NCBI GenBank assembly: GCA_965215125.1
Contig: OZ244052.1
Span: 1,440,001-1,504,000 of the forward strand
Length of the DNA: 64,000 nucleotides
Direction: 5' to 3'
From: an uncultured candidatus Porisulfidus sp.
GTDB taxonomy: Bacteria > Pseudomonadota > Gammaproteobacteria > Poriferisulfidales > Oxydemutatoraceae
Shown: positions 1 to 9,722 of the stretch, in pieces
Numbering within the stretch: position 1 is the first letter of the stretch
Layout: every line of letters begins with the position of its first letter
Translations under genes and position numbers: made by a program
Notes under the pieces: model-generated
The model's input: the letters and a program-made list of their open reading frames with translations, nothing else
Database searches by the model: none
What the model was told of the DNA's origin: nothing

Positions 1-1687
1 CTTTTGCAAAGTAATGGGCGGCTAATGGAGTGGGTTGCTTTTTTAAGTTTAAATCCCATGGCTTTCGTGATAGTACATACTGAGTAATAGCTTTATCCAA
101 TTGTGGTTGCCTGCTATACTCTCTTGTTCTAATCAGAGATTCTTTATCGGAATAGCCCACGGCTTGAAAGATTGTGTCAAATCTATCATAAAACTTTTCA
201 TGGAAATCTTTGTGTTCAATAATTGTGTTACTATCTTTAATCACCCTAGTTGATTGCTTTTCACGGTAGCGTCCACAAAATATTGATGTCCAGTACCAAA
301 ACTCTATTTTATCTACATCTTTTCTGGTGGGTTTATTTTCATGCGCAATAAAAAACACAAATAATGGAACGACTAGCAACTCGTATGGTATATCCTTTAG
401 CTTTACTATCCCACAACGAAAGTGTAAAAATTGTAATACTGAAAATAAGATTGTTACTGTTTCTTTCCAGTTGTCATATATCTCTTCTGCGGTTAACTTA
501 AGCAAGTAATTTTCTTTGATATATTTATCAGATAGATTATTGTGAAGTCCATACGTATTTTTCAGGTTGCAAATTGCTAGGCAATTTTTAAATACTTTTT
601 TGAATATTTTTTGAGGAATATTATCTTCCTCATTCCAAATGCCCATGTCTTCGGCATCAAAGCTATCTTCACTGTTATATATTGCTTCCTTTATATGCTG
701 TGATGGTTTGCACAGTTGTCCTATCTTTTCTGTTAAATTTACATTTTTATTATTTTCTTTACGGCAAAGTGCCATTCTGGCTACGAGTAAATCGTAAATA
801 TCTAATTTTTCCCCGCCTCTATTGACCTGTTCAAAGATATATATACCAACTTCCATACCAGTTTGCCCTTTTAGGATGATGTTGGGAATTGTAGTTTTTA
901 ATGTCATATTTTCTAAAAAAGTTATAACTTTTGTTACCCATGTATCTATTTTCTCTTCGTTCTCGTCTTTTTCTTGTTCTGCAATATATTTATTATCTGC
1001 AATACGTTTTAGTATTTTTCTCAAGAGATATGGTTTTGTACCTAAAAGATATAATGGCACTAACTTCTTAGAGACCGCCTCATTTATCAGGTCAACTTGT
1101 GGGCTATCAGGATGGTATTCCGTCTTTTTTGTTTTCTGTACTTTTTCGTGCACTATATATTTTTCAAAATCCTCTGGGCTGAATGGTTTGCCGTCTTTAT
1201 GGATTTCCTTAAAATCTAGGTTTTTTATACCCCAAATATCATTCTCGTCTTCACTACCTAAGTCAATTTTTAGGCACCATCTATAACGTAGTTGTGAGGG
1301 CAAATCTTTAAATAAATCATGCCAGCTATCTTTTTGTAATTTTTCAACTTCCTCTTCAGAAAATAAATCACAAAACATGGATTTTAGGGTTGATATTCTT
1401 TGTTGTCCATCTAGTAGAAATGTGCATTCATCTCCCTCTATTTTTGGTTCAAATTCTCTAAAGCAAAGTGGTCGGCTAGCATAAGATTTTTTTGTGTCCT
1501 TTAATAATAAGATGCTACCAATTGGTATTCCGGCGAGCATTGATTGTAGGAGGGATTTTTGCTTTTCTTTGGCATCCCATACGAAGTCTCTTTGAAAGTG
1601 TGGAAGTACCAATGAAAATTTTCCAGCGTCTTCAAGGAAATCTTCTAATGTACGCTTGTCATCATATTCATATTTTCTTCTATTCAT
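1..1687 (-). CDS. DUF262 (GmrSD/SspE-like) protein, truncated by the window edge
   Basis: Not in the ORF track because it has no stop in the window. Hand translation from ATG at 1687 gives MNRRKYEYDDKRTLEDFLEDAGKFSLVLPHFQRDFVW...GIPIGSILLL...FLLDGQQRISTL...IFEQVNRGG...WYWTSIF; frame spot-checked at about 830 and 295. Lies directly downstream of sspD. Confidence 0.85.
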   Translation of the reverse strand, partial: MNRRKYEYDDKRTLEDFLEDAGKFSLVLPHFQRDFVWDAKEKQKSLLQSMLAGIPIGSILLLKDTKKSYASRPLCFREFEPKIEGDECTFLLDGQQRISTLKSMFCDLFSEEEVEKLQKDSWHDLFKDLPSQLRYRWCLKIDLGSEDENDIWGIKNLDFKEIHKDGKPFSPEDFEKYIVHEKVQKTKKTEYHPDSPQVDLINEAVSKKLVPLYLLGTKPYLLRKILKRIADNKYIAEQEKDENEEKIDTWVTKVITFLENMTLKTTIPNIILKGQTGMEVGIYIFEQVNRGGEKLDIYDLLVARMALCRKENNKNVNLTEKIGQLCKPSQHIKEAIYNSEDSFDAEDMGIWNEEDNIPQKIFKKVFKNCLAICNLKNTYGLHNNLSDKYIKENYLLKLTAEEIYDNWKETVTILFSVLQFLHFRCGIVKLKDIPYELLVVPLFVFFIAHENKPTRKDVDKIEFWYWTSIFCGRYREKQSTRVIKDSNTIIEHKDFHEKFYDRFDTIFQAVGYSDKESLIRTREYSRQPQLDKAITQYVLSRKPWDLNLKKQPTPLAAHYFAK

Positions 1688-1705
1688 AATTAATAATCCT
1701 ACTTT

Positions 1706-2512
1706 CTATAAACTACATATCGTGCAAGACTGATTTTCATCGTCTTGTCCGTCTTCTATTAAAATCTCTTGCCATGAGCGAGTGTCTTTTTTACTACATG
1801 CTTTCCGTTTTGCGCTATTAGCTAAAATTTCGTCCTTCCGTTCCAGTAATTCTTCCAGGCTGATTCCTCTAATCCATGTATATCTATTCTTCAGTCCGTC
1901 AAATCTTTTGTTCACATCTTTTTCCATTTCTACGGCTCTTTGGAATAAATCCGGATGTCTTTCGTGAAGTCCCAGCCATTCCTCGTAGCGTTGGAAAAAG
2001 CAAAAAAAGCAACCGGAACGAGAACGCCATTCGTAATATTCAGGGATACCAACTGTCTCCTCCAATATATTGAAAATATCTTTTCTGACCAAGCCATCTT
2101 CAATAAACGGATACGCTGCCTTTATGTTGCTTTTAAGGCTTAAATAGCCGTCTCTAAATTCATCTGCTCGAATACCGACATAAGTAATTGCTTCATCATT
2201 GCCGATAAATTCTTCTAATGGTTTGATTTTCATATCTTTGGTGCACCATCTTCTTGTTGCTTGAGGGAGCATATTGTCGTGCATTTTGAGAAGGTGCAGG
2301 AAATCTCTATCGCCGCCTAATCTTTTAATTGGTTTGCCGAGATAGGTTTCTAATTTATCCAAAAAGGTATAGACCTCAGGCAGTTCCATACCGGTGTCGC
2401 AAAAGAAATACTCTATATCCGGCACCTTATCTTGCTGTTTGAGATAAATCGCTAGAGCCGCACTGTCTTTTCCTCCCGAGAGCCCTAGCAGGTGTCTAGT
2501 TTGTTCACTCAT
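1706..2512 (-). CDS. sspD: PAPS-reductase family protein, SspD-like (DNA phosphorothioation)
   Basis: PP-loop LSGGKDS, FCDTGMELPE, RRWCT, RSRSGCFFCFFQ and C-terminal CxxC; in an operon with the DUF4007 gene and a large ATPase. Confidence 0.85.
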   Translation of the reverse strand: MSEQTRHLLGLSGGKDSAALAIYLKQQDKVPDIEYFFCDTGMELPEVYTFLDKLETYLGKPIKRLGGDRDFLHLLKMHDNMLPQATRRWCTKDMKIKPLEEFIGNDEAITYVGIRADEFRDGYLSLKSNIKAAYPFIEDGLVRKDIFNILEETVGIPEYYEWRSRSGCFFCFFQRYEEWLGLHERHPDLFQRAVEMEKDVNKRFDGLKNRYTWIRGISLEELLERKDEILANSAKRKACSKKDTRSWQEILIEDGQDDENQSCTICSL

Positions 2513-2556
2513 TACATTTTGCTGATGCTAATTTTTCAAAAGATTGTAACACATAT

Positions 2557-5500
2557 CTAGTTTTTTTTCTTTTGGTGATTAGTTTGGTTCTTATTCAGAG
2601 TCGTATTGTTGGCTAAATCCTGCAGTAAATCAACGACAATACGATATTGTTGTTCGACTGACACATTATTTAGATTTTCTTTCATTAGGTTTTTAATTTT
2701 CTCCTCATCGTGGTTAAGTTTACCCTTCCGGTGGTATTGCTCTATCCTATATAAGTTTAGTAATAATTTACTATGTTCCAGTATCTTTTGTTGGACGGTG
2801 GCAACAGTGTCATCATTCCACTTTGTCGGTTGTGTATAAGCAATATGGGTTAGGATTCTTTCAAAATAATTATTAGTATCGCTATGGTCGGTTGCAATTT
2901 CTCGGATAAATCTTTTTGTTTCTTTATCCAAATCGTAGTTTTTTAATGTGTTGCCATACTTAACAAGTTCGTTTTTAATTTGTTCTTTATCTTGTGTATT
3001 TATCGTTAGCTTTTGCGCTATTAAATTAATTTGTTTGGCAAGCATTTTAGGATAGGCATCTTTTATCTCTTGCAATGCTATTCTTAATTTAGTTCCAAAG
3101 CCTTGTATTTTTTTGCCGGTGAAGCCACAAGCTGACGGCAACTTATTGAATAGCAGGTCTTGTGGGCTTTTATTATTCTTAAATGTAGCTATAACTTTTT
3201 GTGCTATATCTGATATTTCTTGTGTTTGTCCTGTATACGGTGGAAGTTCTCTTATAAATAGAGCAATGGCTCGAAATATAGCTTGTGCGTTAGGCGCGGA
3301 ACCATTTAGTAAATGTGTTTCGTACTCTTGCATCAATTCTTGATTTAGTCCTTTAATCTTAAACTGCTGAAAAGTAAAAGTATCCGGGCGCTTCAGGAAT
3401 CTCTCTAAATGTTGCTCGGTAAAAAAGGGAACATAAATTCTATCTTCATAAATTGCTATTTCATCTTGGTTATACAGATAATTTGCTATATAAAAAATAG
3501 GCAAGACCGGCTTTTTTATGCCGAACGGCGGTGCGGTCAAGATTTCATCTAACTCTAATAAACACTTTGGTTGTTCCTTTGTTTGTTCAAAGAATCTATC
3601 TATTTCGTTCCAGACCCCTCTACATTTTCCATTTGCCGGACGACGGATTTGCCATTTGCAATTTATCTTTTTGTGTATCTCGTTTTCTTTAATGATTGCA
3701 ACATACATGCCTTTCTCTGCCGGGTATTTCTCAATAGCTAAGTCTTCTTTGTCGTGGTGCTTTAGCAGATGCAATAGTAATTTTCTGCGCCCTGCATTTG
3801 CTTGTGCTGATGGATTATCGCGATTAATTAATTCGTTTTTTATAGTAGGTGCATCGGGGTAGACGCTTTCTAAAGTTTCCGATAATAATGTTTGTACCGC
3901 TCTTTTATTGTTGCACTTCGTTTTTTTTGCTTTGTTATACCATAGACACTTTTCAGGATTTTCTAATATCTTATTAAACTGAATGTGTTCTTTTTGTTTT
4001 GCATCAATAAGGTACTGAATAAATTCACGATGAATAATGGGATCGTTTTGAATGATATTGTTCTGCCTTTCTATATTTTCTAAAGCAATACGGTATTGGG
4101 CAGCGGTTCTTATGTTTTTGCTATTATCAATCAGGACGCAAATATCTTGTTCGCCGAAATACTTGATGATTTTATTTTGAAATATATTCTTGTCTTCGTT
4201 ATTAAAGTTAAAGCAAAAGATTATTCTTGGTTTGTTGTTTTGGGGATTTATGTTGACATATTGATCGGCGTAGATAAAAACAGGTTCAAAATAGAATAAA
4301 CTATGTTTTTCTATAGAATAGCGTTTGGCAACAAAAGGTAAGAACACCTGATTTTTGTTTAGATGTTCTGCAATATTGACGGTTGTTAATTGAGTTAGCT
4401 GTTCCTCTATAGCTTGGTTCAAGTCAAAGTCGCTACCTTGCCAGACTCTATATTCACCGTTAAATTTACGATAAGTAATGATTGATTTATCTAATAAGAG
4501 TTTAGTATTTTTAGTGTAGTTTTTATCGCACAGTCCCAATATAGTTTTTGAAGCGATGATATGACTATTCGCGATATTAAACAAGGCGATTGTTTTTAGT
4601 AATTGGATTTCTTTTGCAGAGGCGTTTGCTATCCTTTCTAATGCGATCCACACTTCGGATAATGTTCTACTCGTGTGAAAGGTATTAGATAGTGTTTCAC
4701 TATTGATAAAGTAATCGTAAATATGATGAGGGTAAATAAAATCTCCCGGTGCTAGATTGCGCATGGTTTGTGTTAGTGAAAATGATTCATCACTTCCTAG
4801 ATAGTTAAACAATGTGCGTTCGTTTTGGGCAATCTTCTGACACAATATAGGAAGTAATAACAATGTTAGCGGATGCAAAGGATAGCATTTGACAAATAGC
4901 CCATTTGCCGTTTTTTCAGTGAGAGAGGGAGGGAGAATCTCATATTTTTTTAGTTTTTTAGTGATAGCTTGAATATCGCTGGTAATCTTTTTTTGGGTTT
5001 TAGACGAGAGCTTTTGATTAAAAACTTGGGCGATAATCGGTAGAGATTCTGCTGTTGTATCAACAAACGATAAGGTTTGATAACGGCCTTGTATTTTTAT
5101 CCATTCGTTTTTTAATTTGCTACTGAGGTTTTTCCCATACTGTTCAAAAGATTGATGTAGCAAAACAAATAATAGGATGTTTGCATCACCGGTTTGATGT
5201 GTTTCCTCCGCTAGCACTTGTAGCAAAAAAATGTCATCGTTTTCGTGCCGGGCTGTATATTCTAAAAATTTTCCGAATTCGTCAATGATGATCAACAAGC
5301 CCTTGCTGCCCGCTTGTGCAAGTTCCATGCGTATTTTTTTTATTAGATTCAAAATTACCTTAGTGCTTATTTCATCGGATTTTAATAGCCGGTTGATAGT
5401 TCTATGGTGATTTTGATGTTTAAGTTTTAGGCTTTCATAGTAAGGTGTAATACTGATCTTCAGTGCCTCTAAAAAGGATCTATTAAGCGGAGCCGGTGTG

Positions 5501-5847
5501 CCGGATAGCAATATATTGCAATAACCTTGTGAATTATTAAGGTGTGTTTCAACTGATTTTTTTAGTGTTGACGGTACTTTTTGAATTGCTTTTTGATCGT
5601 TATTGAGTAAGTGAGATAAATAGACGGCAAACGATGATTTCCCTGATCCGTATGGTCCGATAATTGAAAAGGCTTTGTCGCTATTGGCACCATTCCGGCA
5701 AACATTCATCACATTGCGGATCGCCTGTGTAGCATTATTGGTCAGAATATAATGGTTGAGTGTCTCTTCATTCAACCAATCCCTTTCTATATTAACCGAG
5801 CGGGATAATTCCGATTTGATACTTATGAATTGATCAAGTTTGTCCAT
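2557..5847 (-). CDS. sspC: Large P-loop ATPase, SspC-like
   Basis: RSVNIERD N-terminus, Walker A GPYGSGKS, Walker B IIIDEFGKFLE, YPLHP and QNERTLF motifs; lies between the DUF4007 and PAPS-reductase genes. Confidence 0.85.
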   Translation of the reverse strand: MDKLDQFISIKSELSRSVNIERDWLNEETLNHYILTNNATQAIRNVMNVCRNGANSDKAFSIIGPYGSGKSSFAVYLSHLLNNDQKAIQKVPSTLKKSVETHLNNSQGYCNILLSGTPAPLNRSFLEALKISITPYYESLKLKHQNHHRTINRLLKSDEISTKVILNLIKKIRMELAQAGSKGLLIIIDEFGKFLEYTARHENDDIFLLQVLAEETHQTGDANILLFVLLHQSFEQYGKNLSSKLKNEWIKIQGRYQTLSFVDTTAESLPIIAQVFNQKLSSKTQKKITSDIQAITKKLKKYEILPPSLTEKTANGLFVKCYPLHPLTLLLLPILCQKIAQNERTLFNYLGSDESFSLTQTMRNLAPGDFIYPHHIYDYFINSETLSNTFHTSRTLSEVWIALERIANASAKEIQLLKTIALFNIANSHIIASKTILGLCDKNYTKNTKLLLDKSIITYRKFNGEYRVWQGSDFDLNQAIEEQLTQLTTVNIAEHLNKNQVFLPFVAKRYSIEKHSLFYFEPVFIYADQYVNINPQNNKPRIIFCFNFNNEDKNIFQNKIIKYFGEQDICVLIDNSKNIRTAAQYRIALENIERQNNIIQNDPIIHREFIQYLIDAKQKEHIQFNKILENPEKCLWYNKAKKTKCNNKRAVQTLLSETLESVYPDAPTIKNELINRDNPSAQANAGRRKLLLHLLKHHDKEDLAIEKYPAEKGMYVAIIKENEIHKKINCKWQIRRPANGKCRGVWNEIDRFFEQTKEQPKCLLELDEILTAPPFGIKKPVLPIFYIANYLYNQDEIAIYEDRIYVPFFTEQHLERFLKRPDTFTFQQFKIKGLNQELMQEYETHLLNGSAPNAQAIFRAIALFIRELPPYTGQTQEISDIAQKVIATFKNNKSPQDLLFNKLPSACGFTGKKIQGFGTKLRIALQEIKDAYPKMLAKQINLIAQKLTINTQDKEQIKNELVKYGNTLKNYDLDKETKRFIREIATDHSDTNNYFERILTHIAYTQPTKWNDDTVATVQQKILEHSKLLLNLYRIEQYHRKGKLNHDEEKIKNLMKENLNNVSVEQQYRIVVDLLQDLANNTTLNKNQTNHQKKKN

Positions 5848-6697
5848 AGTATTTTTTTAGATAAGCTAATGCTTTTCTCTTGCTTGAAATGTGTAGTTGA
5901 AAGATTCCGGCATCTTCTCTTAGTTGATAATCTTTGGGATATTTGCATATTAAATCTTCTAAGTAACTAATCAAATCATCCTCCGATATTTTCAGTACTT
6001 TGTTTAGTGCTAATTGGTTTCCGTACATTAATTCCTTAACCGGGATGATGTTTTTATCCGGGAAATATTCTCTGATGGCGTAGGCGATCACTTCTATAGG
6101 GATTTGCTTTTTTTTAGGCTGCAGAAAATGATACCTACCGTCATGGTACTCTATTAGCTTAAGCAAGGATAACGGTGATTCCAACATGTCGTCTATTCTA
6201 GTTTGATTTGATTTATGCGGTGCGTACATTCTTAAAATAACGCTAATATCCATTTTCACGGTACTCTCCGACGCTTGTATATTCGGGTTCGTTGCTATGA
6301 ATTCTTGTAACGCAATAAACGCTTCGTCGGTTGTGAAATTTGTCTTATGAAAATGATTAAACAGCCAATAAATAGAAGTCGATAGTTCCTTATTTTGTGA
6401 AAGTTTTAGATGTAATAGCCATAGTGTTGCATCATCCTCTAAGTAGGGGTCAAACTCTCCGAGTAATTTTTCACCGAAATCAGTAATGTTTTTATGATTG
6501 ATAATATCTGTTGCTTTTAACCAATAAGAAATGGAGTCGACCATATTTTTCCCGACACCTAAAGTAACGGTTGCATCATTCAAAGAAAAAATATCAGGAT
6601 TTTGCCTAAACGCTCTGAATCCTTTGGTGAGCCAGCCGTAGCGTAGCGGGAAAGAACCGTGGCGACCAAAAGTATATTTACTGAGAGTGGGATTCAT
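5834..6697 (-). CDS. sspB: DUF4007 protein, SspB-like nickase
   Basis: FGRHGSFPLRYGWLTKG, LGVGKNMVDSISYWL and DPYLEDDATLWLLH are DUF4007 signatures. Confidence 0.9.
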   Translation of the reverse strand: MNPTLSKYTFGRHGSFPLRYGWLTKGFRAFRQNPDIFSLNDATVTLGVGKNMVDSISYWLKATDIINHKNITDFGEKLLGEFDPYLEDDATLWLLHLKLSQNKELSTSIYWLFNHFHKTNFTTDEAFIALQEFIATNPNIQASESTVKMDISVILRMYAPHKSNQTRIDDMLESPLSLLKLIEYHDGRYHFLQPKKKQIPIEVIAYAIREYFPDKNIIPVKELMYGNQLALNKVLKISEDDLISYLEDLICKYPKDYQLREDAGIFQLHISSKRKALAYLKKYYGQT

Positions 6698-6957
6698 GCT
6701 TGACCATTTTACCGCTTGTCTTTACTGTTGGCAAAAATTGGTTTTTTTGTATCGTTATCAAGGCGTTTATAGCGGTATGCTTAATAGCACAGACACATAC
6801 CAGATTTCTGACAGTTTTGGGCAAACAACATATAGTGAGGAGAGAAAATGAGGGAAGCAAGCAAAAGACATTAGTTTAGTATTGTTAAGCATCAGATAAT
6901 TGTTTGCCATTATACTTGGCTGGCTCAGCAGATATTACAATGTTTTCGCTTTAAGGA

Positions 6958-7956
6958 TTACTCCCCCAACCTTTCCATAATCACTGCCTTCACATCCGCC
7001 GGTGTGATCTCGGCAATTTTGTTCAGGTCGTTTTTGTCGTCGGTGGGTTGTCCTTTGCAGAGTACTTTTACGCGTTTGCCTATGGGTTTCCAGCGCCCGG
7101 GGTGTTGGGGGCGGACGGGTGCGTATAGGCCTATGGTGTTGATGCCGGCGGCGGCGGCGAGGTGTAGGGGGCCGGTGCTGTTTGCCACGAGGCAGTCCGA
7201 TTGTTCGACGATGTTGATGTAGTCGGCTAAATTGTGTTGTGCGGTAAAGTTGGTGACATGGGGGAGTTCAAACAGCTGGGGGCAGGTTTTCTGCATATAT
7301 TCTTTTTCGCCTTGCGTGCCGCTTAGTATCACATTGAAGTGTTGTGGATCGAGTATATCGGCGAGCCGATGGTAGTGTTCCAGTGGCCATTCCGGTGCCG
7401 AGCCTTTTGATTTGGGATGCAAGATGATGTTGTGTTTGGTATCGGAGATAACATCGGGGACGGGGCGGTTTTGTTCTTTGCGCCATCCGTAATAACGATA
7501 TAGTCCGTTTATGTCGGTGGGTTCTTCGATTCCTAATGCCGGCAAAAAAGAGGTAACTAATTGTGTTTCGTGTAGGTTGACGGCGCGTTTTTTTAGGAAG
7601 GCTCTGCGATTTGCATATAGCCAATAATACCATCTTCTTGCCATGCCGACGCGAATGGGTATTTTTGCTTTCCACGCAGCTTTTGCTATCTCCAATTTTG
7701 GGGAGAGCAGCAATATCGCGTCCGCATCGGCTTTGCTCAAGTCCTTAAATTTGTTCCAGTTATAAAACTTATCTATAAAGGTGCTTTTTTCAATGATAGC
7801 TCTAGCGTATTCGGTGAGTCCTAGAAATGCGATTTTGACATTCGGGAGATTAGCTTTTAATATCCCTGCTAGAGGTAGGGTTAAAACGGCATCGCCTATC
7901 CTAATTTCGGTTCGTGCGATTAGGATTTTTTTTATTTTGGCAAGTGGGGGATTCAT
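6958..7956 (-). CDS. Glycosyltransferase family 9 (LPS heptosyltransferase-like)
   Basis: RIGDAVLTLP, LHPKSKGSAPEWP and ANSTGPLHLAAAAG motifs. Confidence 0.9.
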   Translation of the reverse strand: MNPPLAKIKKILIARTEIRIGDAVLTLPLAGILKANLPNVKIAFLGLTEYARAIIEKSTFIDKFYNWNKFKDLSKADADAILLLSPKLEIAKAAWKAKIPIRVGMARRWYYWLYANRRAFLKKRAVNLHETQLVTSFLPALGIEEPTDINGLYRYYGWRKEQNRPVPDVISDTKHNIILHPKSKGSAPEWPLEHYHRLADILDPQHFNVILSGTQGEKEYMQKTCPQLFELPHVTNFTAQHNLADYINIVEQSDCLVANSTGPLHLAAAAGINTIGLYAPVRPQHPGRWKPIGKRVKVLCKGQPTDDKNDLNKIAEITPADVKAVIMERLGE

Positions 7957-8065
7957 GTTTGATTTATTGGTGTCGTTTGTGGCTATCGTGGTTTTACAAA
8001 CATCAAATTCTACTATGAATTCAATGGATGAATGTATAAATTATGTTGGTGTGGTGGGTTTGTTA

Positions 8066-8238
8066 ACCACCCCTCCGAAGGAGGGGAATTAGCTAGTGCA
8101 GAACCTTGACGACCACCCCGTCAGGCTACGCCTACCACCCCTCCGAAGGAGGGGAATGTACCGGCACTGCACCTTGTGCATAATACGCAGCGACCACCCC
8201 GTCAGGCTGCGCCTGCCACCCCTCCGAAGGAGGGGAAT
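8066..8238 (+). repeat. Cluster of 3 REP-like hairpin units (CCACCCCGTCAGGC-N3-GCCTRCCACCCCTCC-N3-GGAGGGGAAT)
   Basis: Units end at 8089 (partial unit), 8157 and 8238; each full unit has two hairpins, CAGGC/GCCTG and CCCCTCC/GGAGGGG. Confidence 0.9.
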
Positions 8239-8306
8239 AGGCCGGTTTAGTTGGTTAGTCCCTCAAGCAATACTCTTACCCGTACTTGTATTAAAGTGCT
8301 TGCTAA

Positions 8307-9410
8307 TCAAGGTCTGACATAGTCTGCATTTGGAACAAGATATAGTTCATCCTTTATCACACTTAATGGATTTTCTACGAAACCTATATGTTCTCCTTCT
8401 TCGTTATATCTATTTAAGCACTCAACAGATAGTCTTCCTAAACCATGCTCAAAGTCAGGGCCGGCAGGTCCCATGTCCACTGCACAGCTTTTAACTATTG
8501 CCACAGCAGTGACTGCGGCCTGCAGATCCGTCATGGGTTCTTGCCACTCATACTCGGGGTAGTTTCTTATGAAGTATGAAACTGCCCAAATGACACCACC
8601 CATGTATGCAGTTGCAAGTGATGTTCCTGCACCTGGTACATTTGGAACTTGGTATGGTCCGAGTAAGCATAGATTTTTTGCTTGTGTCCCGCAGACACTG
8701 GCTCCTTGTATACTTCGTACTGCACTAGCACCCGGGCAAGAATACCGACTTGCTCTATATATTCTACACAAATCAGAGGGGAATACATTATCCGGGTCAG
8801 GGTATTTGCAGGCACGAAGCCATCCACTATAATCATACCCACCAGCCGCTAAAGGGAAAGGTAGGTTTCTATAGTCATGATTTTCACTTACAAGACCTCT
8901 AAGTGTTTTACTAGGAGAATTTCGATCTCTGTTTCCCGTACCGGTGACAACAACAGCTTGAACATTTTCAAAGTCAAATGGAGTTTCTGGAAAACGATTC
9001 ATAAAATTGAAAGTATTCGCCACAGTAGCCACAGCCCCGGGGAAGAGGTTGTCATATACATCTCTTCTACTTATTCCTAGATATTGAAAAACCTCACCGG
9101 CGACAAGGGGATTTAATATACTTCTTTGAAATGCCGGGTGTCCATATATACCACCACTAGTTTCAAGAGAAAACATGGTAGTAGTAGTTTCACCATAGAT
9201 ATGGAAGTTCTCTTTATTCCAATCAAGGATTTTATGAATACCGGTAAGTCGATTTAGACAATTGTTCCCGGCTCTGTTTTCATCGGAACAATAGTCATCA
9301 AACCAGTAGGGTTTAGGGCCATAGGTGCAGGCGAAAGAATCTTGATTTTGAGCAAAGACTTCTGCGCAGGTACAAACCAGCAGAGAGAACAAAAGTATTT
9401 TTTTCATCAT
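8307..9410 (-). CDS. Secreted divergent S8 (subtilase-like) serine peptidase
   Basis: Signal peptide; GTSLATAY (catalytic Ser), VVTGTGN (oxyanion Asn), C-terminal DMGPAGPDFEHGLGRL typical of S8. Confidence 0.65.
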   Translation of the reverse strand: MMKKILLFSLLVCTCAEVFAQNQDSFACTYGPKPYWFDDYCSDENRAGNNCLNRLTGIHKILDWNKENFHIYGETTTTMFSLETSGGIYGHPAFQRSILNPLVAGEVFQYLGISRRDVYDNLFPGAVATVANTFNFMNRFPETPFDFENVQAVVVTGTGNRDRNSPSKTLRGLVSENHDYRNLPFPLAAGGYDYSGWLRACKYPDPDNVFPSDLCRIYRASRYSCPGASAVRSIQGASVCGTQAKNLCLLGPYQVPNVPGAGTSLATAYMGGVIWAVSYFIRNYPEYEWQEPMTDLQAAVTAVAIVKSCAVDMGPAGPDFEHGLGRLSVECLNRYNEEGEHIGFVENPLSVIKDELYLVPNADYVRP

Positions 9411-9525
9411 GAATTATTTAATGGTTAAAAGAAATAAGAGCATGTGTTATAGGTGTTGAAGTATTGAATAAGAGATTATAGCTGAATAAGCATTTGCACA
9501 TTATATTTTTACGGGAGGGCGGGTG

Positions 9526-9720
9526 AGCCTCGCCTGCCACCTCTCCATAGGAGGGGAATGTACCGACACTGTAGTTTGTGCAGAATACGCTGCGACCACC
9601 CCGTGGAAAGGCTTTACATTTTGTAATATGTACTAAGATCTGCACAATGTTACGCCGATTGACCTACTGGCTCAATCGGCGGTTCTGTTGCGCCTGCCAC
9701 CCCTCCACAGGAGGGGAATG
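9526..9720 (+). repeat. REP-like cluster with nested second hairpin element
   Basis: Two REP-like units; the second is interrupted by an element with hairpin CGCCGATTGA-N9-TCAATCGGCG (9653-9681) ending in GTTCTGTT. Confidence 0.85.
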
Positions 9721-9722
9721 GA

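Noticed and set aside
327-1689. Plus-strand ORFs 327..509, 822..1286 and 1492..1689
   Set aside because: Shadows of the minus-strand DUF262 gene
1706-6697. BREX type 4 or Dnd system
   Set aside because: DUF4007 and PAPS reductase are separate genes flanking an SspC-like ATPase; no pglZ, brxL or dndD/E in the window
8066-8238. CRISPR array (repeat-spacer-repeat appearance; also 24271-24400)
   Set aside because: Only 2-3 units, unequal spacing, the spacers recur at other loci (9560, 11296, 51520), the unit is dispersed singly across the window, and no cas genes are present
8096-8317. Small ORFs with HPVRLRLPPLRRRG motifs (also 9688, 24117, 29042, 55597, 55642)
   Set aside because: They are translations of the REP-like repeat, not a protein family
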